The position numbers and the translations under genes were made by a program. 64,000 nt of DNA from an uncultured Chthonomonadaceae bacterium (lineage in GTDB: Bacteria; Armatimonadota; Chthonomonadetes; Chthonomonadales; Chthonomonadaceae). The notes under the pieces were generated by a model. It saw nothing but the letters and a program-made list of their open reading frames with translations. It was not told the origin of the DNA and ran no database searches. Numbering within the stretch: the first letter of the stretch is position 1; every line of letters begins with the position of its first letter. Positions 51,434 through 61,249 of the stretch are shown here, piece after piece. The DNA lies in assembly GCA_963835065.1 (NCBI GenBank), contig CAWIEK010000037.1, positions 64,001 to 128,000 on the forward strand, read 5' to 3'.

Positions 51434-54119
51434 ATGGAAAGCGGCAAAGAAGTTGAGTGGCAGGCAGAGTGGATTTGGGGCGGTCAAGCAGTGGGGGAGG
51501 GGAGTAGTGAGTCGGGTAATCTGGAGAATAGCGGGTTGGCTATGGAAGCAGACGCGCCGCGCTATTACTATTTTCGCAAGACGTTTGCGCTTGCCGGGGA
51601 ACTGGAAAAGGCTGTCCTTCGCGCCTGCGCCGACTCACGGTATCGCCTGTGGCTGAACGGGCGGCTGGTGGGACATGGCCCCGCGCGCAGCGACCCTTCC
51701 TACCAATACTACGATGTGTATGATGTGGAAGCGCATTTGCGACCCGGTGAAAATACGATTGCGGTACTCGCCACGCATTACGGCATTGGGACGTGCTTTT
51801 CACGAGTCGGCAAACCGGGACTGCTGCTGCAACTGGAAGCGACGCAGGCGGATGGCGCGGTTCTGACTGTCGGCACAGGGCAGGATTGGAAATGCGCGCC
51901 CGCTCCCTATCTCAGCGGCTTTCCGCGCATGAGCATACAGCTTGCCTGGCCGGAAGTGTTCGATGCCCGCAACGAACCCGTCAGTTGGAACCTGCCCGGT
52001 TACAACGATTCGGAATGGAGTAATGCCGCATTGATCGGGCCGGTTGGAACGCCCCCCTGGACAACGCTCGTACCCCGCGATATTCCCCTGCCGTTTTATC
52101 GCGCGGTTGCTGACCTGCGCACTGTGCAGGTGAATGTGGTTGAAAAGGGGGAAGAAAAGGAGAACTCAGCAGAAAGCTGAATTGATGATCCGCTGATTGA
52201 TGATTCTCTTACGCCGGTAGACGACTATCAACTATCAACTATCAACTATCAACTCGCCTCTCCTGCCGAAGACATGGAGCGGGCGACGCGATTGCAGCCT
52301 GCGCCGGCGGGCAGTATAACGTATCGGCATCCGGCGCTGTTTACGGTTGCGGCGCAAAGTGGGGGATCGGGGCGTGTCTGTCGTGCTGGATTTTGGGCGG
52401 GAAGTGAGCGGGTTTCCCCTGCTTGTCGTTCGGAAGAGCGGCGGCGGGCGAGTGGACATTGGGTACAGCGAACGGATTGAAACGGACGGCACGGTCAATC
52501 CCAATCGGTGGGGCGGCTGCGACGTGCATTATGCGGATAGACTGCTGTTGCGCAGCGGGCATCAAACGTGGGAGGCGTTGGATCATCGCGCTTTTCGCTA
52601 CATGCGCCTAGACTTTTACGACACGCCGGAACCTGTGGAAATGCTGGTCGAAATGCGCTTGAGCGGCTACCCGGTGGAAACAAGGGGCGATTTTCAGTGT
52701 TCGGACGCCCTGCTTCAAAGAATCTGGGAAGTGGGCCGGTACACAACGGAATTGTGCATGGACGATGGCTTTATGGACTGCCCCTGGCGCGAACGGGGGC
52801 AATGGCTGGGAGATGCGCGAGTGGAAGCGCTTGTCGCCGCGTATGCGTTTGGCGATACAAGGCTGGCGCGAAAAGCCCTCCTGCAATACCCGCAGTCACA
52901 GGAGGAAACGGGCTGGTTTCGGGGCGTGTTTCCGGCTGATCCGCCCTTCGATTCGATTTTGCCGACGTTCTGCATGATCTGGCCCGTCGCGCTGTGGGAC
53001 TATTTTCTCCTTTCGGAAGACCGCAGCCTGCTGGAAACCGTGTGGCCGAATGTGGAGCGGCTTATCGCGGCCATTGAGCGCCATTTGGACGAGGATGGCT
53101 TGATTGCCGATTTGCCGGGTTGGGTGTTTGTGGATTGGGCGAATGTGAACACCAAAGGACAATCCACCGCCGTCAACGCAATGGCTTACGATGCCCTGAA
53201 CCATGCCGCCAAAATTGCCCGCGCGCTCGGCTACCCGGAAAAAGGCAGCCAGTGGCAGATAGCCGCGCATGACCTCCGCGAAGCGGTGAATGATCTAATG
53301 TGGGATCGAAAGCGAAGTCTGTACATTGATGGAATTGTGGAGGGAAAGCCGATAACAGCCGTCAGCGAACAGGCGAATGTTCTGTGCGCGCTGACGGGCA
53401 TGGTTCCCACAGAGGAAACCGCAAACATTCTGCGCTTTCTGGAACGCCTCAATACGGCGGACACAAGTACACCGATTGATGACACGTCGGCAGCGAACAG
53501 CGCTGTTCAGATTGCGACGCCGTACTTTGCGTTTTACCTGCTCAGTCTGCTGTACCGCGAAGGCAAGTCACAGGCGGCCCTCGATTACATGCGGCAGCGT
53601 TGGAGCCGTATGTTGGAGGCGGGCGCGACCACGTTTTGGGAGCAGTGGGAACCGCATTGGAGCCTGTGTCACGCTTGGAGCGCGGCCCCGACCTATTTCC
53701 TCATGGCCTACGTTGCAGGCATAAGTCCCACGCAGCCCGGCTTTGAAGAGTTCAACATCCATTTGGAACCGTTGACACTGACCTGGCTGCGCTGCACCGT
53801 TCCCACGCCACGCGGCGACATCGAACTGTCGTACCACAATCGTCAGCCGCGTCCCATTACCGACCCAATGGGCAATTCCATTCCCACCGTTGCCGCAACT
53901 CCCGCCATAACCGTAAATCTGACGGTTCCCACCGGCACACGCGCTCACGTTCGCCTGCCATTAGGGGCAATTTCAGAGCCGACCATCACGCTCAACGGCA
54001 AAATCATCTGGGAAAATGGAAAAGCGATTGCCCCAAGCGGCGACAAATTCATCCGTGAAGGAGATTACGTTGCGTTTGCGATTATCGGCGGGCGCTACCA
54101 TGTTGAGATAGGGGAGTAG
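51434..54119 (+). CDS. Alpha-L-rhamnosidase (GH78), interrupted by TGA 52178-52180 in a repeat insert and a frameshift near 52365
   Basis: YFRKTF..ADSRYRLWLNG, LDFGREV, DCPWRERGQWLGD, FVDW and GATTFWE..SLCHAWSAAP. Confidence 0.85.
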
Positions 54120-54135
54120 GGTTTTAGTACGACTC

Positions 54136-54522
54136 CTATTTTTTACCGCCGGAACCGCCTGCCGCGACGACCATGACGCCGACAATGATAATCAGTGTGC
54201 CGATCCAGCGGGCGGGCTTGATGTCTTCATGCAGGTAGAATTTCGAGAGAAACGCGCCGAGCAGGTAGGAGGAAGCGGACAGGGGAAGCGCGAAACTTAA
54301 TTCCGTCAATCCGAGCGTGTAGACGTACAGGGCGACATAGCCCACCATCAACAGCCCGCCCGCGAGGACATGCCAATCGCCAAGAGCGACTTTAATTTGC
54401 ATCAGGACGCCTGCCTGTTCCTGATGCGTTTGTTTCATTCCTTTCGCTGCCAACGCTTCGCCAATACCGGCCAAAATTACAGCCATCAGCATAATGAAGA
54501 ACACCTGCCATTTTTCGGACAT
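54136..54522 (-). CDS. EamA/SMR-like small transporter
   Basis: Four TM helices, ELSFALPL..SY and LHEDI..RWIG. Confidence 0.8.
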   Translation of the reverse strand: MSEKWQVFFIMLMAVILAGIGEALAAKGMKQTHQEQAGVLMQIKVALGDWHVLAGGLLMVGYVALYVYTLGLTELSFALPLSASSYLLGAFLSKFYLHEDIKPARWIGTLIIIVGVMVVAAGGSGGKK

Positions 54523-54900
54523 TCCTACTCCTTTGCGGATACTCCTGTTCCATACGCGCAAACAGTGGGAAAGGTTAGAACCGGCGTCATAGGCAAACAA
54601 GTGCAGGCAGTTTGGTTTCCAACCCCAAAACTTCGCGGTATGCTGTATTATAGAGTAGGGCGGGTATGGGAATGTGACGGGAGTTTTTGCCTGAACAGCG
54701 AACATTACTGTTGCCACCTTCCGTAAAGTCCAACAATAGAATCAGTCAATGTGAGTGGCTTGCAGCCAACAAGATTGGCCCATACAATGGTTGTAATTGC
54801 GCCGGTTTGTTTTCATGGCAGGAACCCTGTGCCTGCCGGAGCGGGAAAGACGCGGATGAACACTTCGGTTTTGTCCTTTCGGAAATTCTTTCGGAAACCT

Positions 54901-56367
54901 ATGCGAGTAAAAGCCTTCAGACCTTTCGGCTCGTCCGTTCGTACCTTTGCTTTGTTGGCATTGGGCGCAATCGCCTTTTGCCGCCCGGCATTTGCACACG
55001 CGCAGCAGGCGGATGGCGTCGGGACAAAAACAGGATCGGGTATCGGTGCGACTGTAAGTCCTGTTGCGCCCATTACTGCCGACGTGACGATTCCGCTGGA
55101 TGCCAAAATCGAACCGGGCTGCCTGCTGCGCGTGGAGGTTACGGACGAAGCGCAGTTGTCCGGCGAGTATGACGTGGACGCGCAGGGCGCAATCCATTTT
55201 ACCCTTGCGGACGAGCAGGGCAAGCACAAAGAAGAGTGGAGTGTAACGGTCGGGCAGAAAACCGCCGAAGAAGCGCGACTGCTGGTGACGGAAAGCCTGA
55301 AAACGTATCTGCGCAAGCCCGATGTGCATGTCATTCTGCTGAAAAGGCCGCGCCTGCGCGTGGAACTGGCGGGTTCGGGCTGCAAGCCGGGTGTTCTGGA
55401 ACTGCCGTTGGAGGCGCGTCTATCCGATATAATGTTCGCCTGCAAACAAAACGCGGATTATACGCATATCCTCTTGGTGCGCAAGTTGAAGTCGTCCGAC
55501 AAGCAAGAATCAGATAAGCAAGCAAAGGATAGACAAGACGCGGGCAAGCAAAATACGAACAAGCCAGGCACGGACACGCAAAATGCGGGAATGGCGTCGG
55601 CAAAGACCGTCGCCAACACCGAAGTCCCGACAGACGGAGAGCAAACGCCTGCCACTCGCGCCCTGACGGTCAATTTCGAGGATTATCAGCAGGGACAAAG
55701 CGGCGACGATCCGAAACTGGAAAACGGCGACAAAATTTATATTCAGATGAAGCCGCCCGGAGCGCCGGAACACGTGCTGCGCACCATTCGAGTCGTCGGG
55801 GAAGTCGGACGCGAGGTGGATATTCCGCTTTCCAAAGGCATGACGGTCAAAGACGCGCTTGAAAGGGCGGGCGGGCTGAAAGACACGGCGGACCCCAACA
55901 ACATTCGCCTGCACCGGGGCGAAAGCGGCAAGGATTACGAACTGAAAGCGGCGGGCATTCTGGACGAGGACGCGGCGGTAAACATGGTGCTGGAGCCGGG
56001 AGATTACCTGATCGCGTACAAGCGCGACCTGAGTATGCGCTGGGGCATTGATGGCGAAGTGATGGCCGGGAATGTGTTTCCCTACGTGCCGGGTTTCAAA
56101 ATGACGATTACGCATGCCGTAAGTGTGGCCGGTGGCCTGACCAAAAGAGCGGAACACCATCGGGGTATTCTGCGTAAAGGCTATCTCCTCAATCCGACAA
56201 AAACGCGCGACATTATCTTCGACTACGACGCGATTAAAAATAAGAAACAGCAGGACTTTGAAGTGGAAGCGGGGGATGTGGTCGTGATTTTGCAGCGCCA
56301 GCACCGCCCGACCATCTGGCAAAAACTGCTTCCCCTCGCGTTGAAGTTCCTGCCGTTGCCGATATGA
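54901..56367 (+). CDS. Polysaccharide export / SLBB-domain protein
   Basis: Signal peptide, LSGEYDVDAQGAI, YLRKPDV, DPKLENGDKI and VVGEV..ALERAGGL repeats. Confidence 0.8.
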   Translation: MRVKAFRPFGSSVRTFALLALGAIAFCRPAFAHAQQADGVGTKTGSGIGATVSPVAPITADVTIPLDAKIEPGCLLRVEVTDEAQLSGEYDVDAQGAIHFTLADEQGKHKEEWSVTVGQKTAEEARLLVTESLKTYLRKPDVHVILLKRPRLRVELAGSGCKPGVLELPLEARLSDIMFACKQNADYTHILLVRKLKSSDKQESDKQAKDRQDAGKQNTNKPGTDTQNAGMASAKTVANTEVPTDGEQTPATRALTVNFEDYQQGQSGDDPKLENGDKIYIQMKPPGAPEHVLRTIRVVGEVGREVDIPLSKGMTVKDALERAGGLKDTADPNNIRLHRGESGKDYELKAAGILDEDAAVNMVLEPGDYLIAYKRDLSMRWGIDGEVMAGNVFPYVPGFKMTITHAVSVAGGLTKRAEHHRGILRKGYLLNPTKTRDIIFDYDAIKNKKQQDFEVEAGDVVVILQRQHRPTIWQKLLPLALKFLPLPI

Positions 56368-56372
56368 AATGA

Positions 56373-56576
56373 ACCACCCGCTGCGCTAGAGACACAGAGA
56401 CACAGAGGAAAAACCAATACGAGAAAAACAAAAGAGAACAAGGAGAAGAAAAGGAACCGCAAAGAGGCAAAAGAAGCAAAGGGGCTTGTTCTCTTCTTTT
56501 CTCCTTTTCTTCTTTTCTTCTTTTCTTCCTCTGTGTTCCCTCTCTGTGTCTCTGTGTCTCTAGCGAAGCGGGTGGT
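56373..56576. repeat. MITE-like element with ~35-bp terminal inverted repeats and purine/pyrimidine arms
   Basis: ACCACCCGCTGCGCTAGAGACACAGAGACACAGAG ... CTCTGTGTCTCTGTGTCTCTAGCGAAGCGGGTGGT. Confidence 0.85.
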
Positions 56577-56648
56577 GAAATCTTTTATGGCATTGGATTG
56601 TCAAGGTAGGGTAGATGATTTTGGTTGATTTAGATGGGATGGGATGGG

Positions 56649-58685
56649 ATGAGCGAGATTTACGATGTATTGGTGATTGGGGCAGGACATGCGGGGTGCG
56701 AGGCGGCTTTGGCGGCAGCGCGTATGGGCTGCCGCACGGCAATTGCCACCCTGAACTTTGAGCGGATCGGGCATTTGCCGTGCAACTGTTCCATTGGCGG
56801 GCCGGCGAAGGGGCATCTGGCGCGCGAAGTGGACGCCCTGGGCGGCGAAATGGGTATAAACACCGACAAGACGCTGACGCACATTCGCTACGTCGGCACG
56901 GGCAAAGGTCCTGCCGTGCAAACGCTCCGCGCCCACGCCGACAAAGAGTTGTACCCGCAAGCCATGCGAGCCGTGCTGGAAACCACGCTCAACCTGACGA
57001 TGCTGCAAGTGGGCGTGGAAGACCTTGTTACAGAGGGTGTCGGGTGTCGGGTGTCGGGTGTTGGGAGTACCACTGCTAATCTGATTGAGGCAGCGAATTC
57101 GAGTTTGGAAAGTAACGCTCATCTATTGCCCGACACCCGACACCCAACACCCGACACCCGCATCACCGGTGTTCGTCTCGCCGATGGAACCGAGATTGCG
57201 GCGAAAACGGTGGTGGTGACGACGGGCACGTTTTTGAACGGGCTGATGCACTGTGGGGAAACGCAGACGGCGGGCGGGCGCGTGGGGGAAGCGCATAGCG
57301 TAGGGCTGTCGGGCGCGTTGCGGCGGCTGGGGTTCCGGTTGGGACGGTTCAAGACGGGCACGACGCCGCGCATCAGTCGGCGCTCGGTGGATTTCGCGCA
57401 GACGATGGCACAGGAGTCGGAGGATTGCGCGCCGTTTTCATTTGTGAACGCAACGCTGAATGTGGGGCGTCCGCTGCTGCCAAGCTGGCAAACGCAGACC
57501 AACACCTAGACGCACGACATTATACGCGCCAATCTGGAGCGGTCCGCGATGTACGGCGGCAGGATTCAGGGGATTGGGCCGCGCTATTGTCCAAGTATTG
57601 AGGATAAGGTTGTACGCTTTGCCGACAAGGACTCGCATCCCGTGTTTTTGGAGCAGGAAACATGGGACGGCGACTCGCTGTACGTGCAGGGTACGAGTAC
57701 AAGTTTGCCTGCTGAGGTTCAGATCGCGTTTTTGCGGACATTGCCCGGTTTGGAGCAGGTGGAAATGCTGCGTCCCGGCTACGCGGTTGAGTACGACATG
57801 GTGTTTCCTGACCAACTGCATCCGACGCTGGAAACCAAAACGGTGCGCGGGCTGTTTCTCGCCGGGCAGATAAACGGCACGAGCGGGTATGAGGAAGCCG
57901 CTGCGCAGGGCATCGTGGCGGGTATCAACGCGGGCTTGCAGGCGCAAAATCGCCCGCCCCTCGTTTTGGAGCGGCAGGGCAGTTACATCGGCGTCCTGAT
58001 AGACGATCTGGTGACGAAGGGTGTTTCGGACCCCTACCGGATGCTCACGTCGCGGGCGGAATACCGGCTGATATTGCGCCATGACAACGCCGACCTGCGC
58101 CTGACGCCGATTGGACGAGAAGCGGGCGTGGTGTCGGAGGAGCGTTGGGCGAAGTTTACGGCGAAGCGGGAAGCGATAGAAGGGGAGCGGAAGCGGTTCG
58201 CGTCTACGTTCGTGTGGCCCCGGGATAGCGCGCGGCTGGAAGCGCTTGGCACAACCGGGCTGGGCGAAAACAAAATCGCCCTCCTGACCTTGCTGAAGCG
58301 GCCTGAACTGGCGTATGCGCAGTTGGCGCAGTTGGCGCGGGAACTCGACTCGGCCAATGTTCCCGGCGCGGACGTAACCCGCGCGGTTGGCGAACAGGTG
58401 GAGCTGCAGGTCAAATACGAGGGCTACATTCAGCGGCAGGAGATACAGGTGGAGCAGGCGTCGAAAATGGAGGCGGTAGAAATCCCCGACGATATGGATT
58501 ATGCCGTTCTGCGTTCGCTGTCACACGAGGGGCGGGAGAAATTGGGCCGCATCCGTCCGCGCTCACTGGGGCAGGCAGGGCGTATTCCCGGCCTGCGTCC
58601 CGGCGATATTCAGGTGTTGTCCATCCATCTGGAGCAGCGGCGGAGAGCAGGCAACAAGGAGAGTCTCCATCCGTTCGCCTCTTGA
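56649..58685 (+). CDS. mnmG: tRNA modification enzyme MnmG (GidA), with an in-frame palindromic insert and an in-frame TAG at 57507-57509
   Basis: [67 protein letters not shown] and [12 protein letters not shown], all in one frame. Confidence 0.95.
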
Positions 58686-58741
58686 TCAAGAAATACTTTG
58701 AATTTTCTTTGCAGAAAATATTTTGAATTTTCTTTGCGGTA

Positions 58742-58757
58742 TGGCAAAAACGTTGCA
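58742..58757 (+). promoter_or_regulatory. Candidate sigma-54 (-24/-12) promoter
   Basis: TGGCAAAAACGTTGCA has correct GG-N10-GC spacing. Preceded by a 22-bp AT-rich direct repeat. Confidence 0.45.
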
Positions 58758-59259
58758 ACCGATTTGCGTCAGACTGCGTACACTGATGATGAAGATGCTA
58801 AGGCCGTTGTTTGGCCTGCAATTCTGCCGGTTTCATCCGCTCCCGTTTCCACCATTAGGCACAGCGCGAACATCGCTTTCCGTAGTCGCGGAAAGCGCGC
58901 GCTTCCCCTGAGAAAGGCTTGTTTGTCCGAGAATGGTTCGACGTTTCGCGTCGCGCTGTGATCGTCTGGCGTTTCTGACGCCATCGCTCCCATGCCCTGT
59001 TTGTTGCCGTTGTCTTTACAACTGTTGTGTTGCCTCTCGCGCTTCTTCCGCCTGTCGGAAGGAAGCGGCTTTTCACTCCGGCCTCAAAGCCTATCTGCGT
59101 TCCGGTTTGTCAACTGCGTCCACATACCCGCGCCCACTCGCGCCCGATCCGCCCTGGCGGCAAGGCAGCGCGATGGCGGCGCTTCGCCACGCCTGATTGT
59201 TCCTGTTTCCCAAACATAGACGTACTGTCTTAATTGCAATACGGTTCAAGTAAGAGTGA

Positions 59260-59325
59260 GTAGGGGCACAACATGTTGTGCCCACCGGGAGAGGTGAGTC
59301 AGGACACAACATGTTGTGTTCCTAC
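59260..59325. repeat. GTAG REP doublet
   Basis: GTAGGGGCACAACATGTTGTGCCC ... GGACACAACATGTTGTGTTCCTAC. Confidence 0.85.
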
Positions 59326-59418
59326 AACGTCCCAGTTGAGATTATCTGGACTTGTTTGAACGGTATTGGTCTTGATTTCCTGTGATTGCGCTTGTCCCCT
59401 GAAGGAGGATAGCCGAAA

Positions 59419-61249
59419 ATGGAACGCAGTTTGTATTTGAGCGCGTTGGCGATGGGCCTGGTGGCGTGGGTATGCAGCCTGCTGCTGGCTCCACGTCGGA
59501 AAGCAAAACTGGCGGACGTACTTGGAGGATGGACGCCGGCAACGTATCGTTTTGCGGCAGGTTGGATTCCTCTGCTTGCGCTCTTGGCTTCGATTCCAAT
59601 GAAAACACCATTTGCCGGAGGGCATGGGTTGGGACTTGGTTTGCTGCTGGGGGCTGTTGGCGCTTGCCTGACAATGTTGACGCTCGCGCACGGATGGAGC
59701 GATGCACAGGACGCAGAAGGCGGAGACGCGCCTAACATGGTGGCTTGCGTGGCTCCGTTTGCGCTGGCAGTGGTGACAGTAGCGATACCCCTGCTGTGGA
59801 TGCGGAATGTCGTTGTGGATGCGCTGCTCGGCGTAGCCCTGGGCTGGCTGACGTCCACGCTCCTGCTGTTGGCGGGACTTAATGCCGCGCGAAGCGCAGG
59901 CCGTCTGCTCGGACTGACGCTGACGGCGGGAACCGGGTTTACAGCAACCCTATGCGCGCTTGGCGCAATCGGGGAGTTGGGCGGCAACGTGCGCGTCGGA
60001 AGCGGCTTTATCGGCGTCCCGTGGAGCGCGCCCCTGTTGCTGCTGGCGGCCTTCATGGTTTTTGTACTGCTGTTGTGCGCCCTTCCCCCTTCGCTGCTGC
60101 GCCAACTGCCCGGCGCAAATCTGCTGCTGCGGGCTTCCTCTTCTCTAAAGAGTGAATCGGCGCGACAGATAGCGCCTAATATAGCGCGCTGGCTTGTCGG
60201 CGGACTGCTGTTCGTGGGGTTGGGAACGCAATTCGGGCATCGCCTCTGGGGGCAGCCCAACATATTTCGACTGATCGGAATGGGCGTCCTTGCAAGCGGG
60301 CTGGCGTGGTGGATGCTTGCCGGACAATTGCGAACGGCGTCAAATGGATATGGGAACGGCAACGGAAATTGGCCGCGCATGGCCTTGCCCGTGCTGGTGA
60401 TGATGGCGGCGGGCATGGTGGCATTTCAAATGCTGTCCGGCGTCGGGTTCGCCATCATGCTGCTCGGCGCGTGGCTGACAATGGGGATCGCGCTCACAGG
60501 CGCGCAGCAAAGCGAACCACAATTGGATATGGACGGTAACGCTCGCGTATCCGCCCTCTCGATCTCTTCCGAACTCCTGCGCGTCCTGCTGTTCGGAACC
60601 GTGTTGCTGCTGTACCGCCTCTATCAAGTCCGTTACCATAACGACCTGCAAAACGTCCTGCTTCCCGACCATTACGCCCTGCTCGGCTTCATCGTCGGCG
60701 CGGCAGTCCCGGCGGCGCTGGCGCAAGTACCAGGGGTCAGGGAGAGAGAAGAGAGAGGGAGAAAAGGAGAGGGGGAGACAAGGAAAAGAGAAGACAGAAG
60801 ACGAGCATCCATCCATCGAAAATCCTTCATCCTTCATCAAATTGCCCAACACCCTCCTGCCTATGCTCATCGCGGGCGTCCTGCTGCTGTTCGTGCCCGC
60901 TGTGCTGCTGATGCTGTTTGGAACCAAGTGTTTGCTGTGCCTGTTCTTCGGGCTTGCGTTGGCTGCGGTCATTGGCGAGGGTTCGCATAATAACCGGCTG
61001 GACGCAGACTTGGACGGAGCGCGGCCTGTGCCGGGGGAATGGCTGACGGGCTTGTTCGCGCTTGGTATCGGGCTTGCGGTAGCGCAATGGACAGCGCACA
61101 TACTGCCCGTCACCCTGATGGCGCGAACCGACAAGACACGCCTGCTCACCTACCTGACCGGAACCGTCGCCGTCCTGCTGTTCGTCACCGCCCTAATTGG
61201 ACGCCTGCGCTCCTCGACTGCGCCCGTACAGAAGGGAGGCGCGCGATGA
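59419..61249 (+). CDS. Polytopic membrane protein; frameshift inside a repeat insert at 60740-60840
   Basis: AGGAGG RBS. Many TM helices in ORF 59419-, and further TM helices in ORF 60842-61249. Confidence 0.7.
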
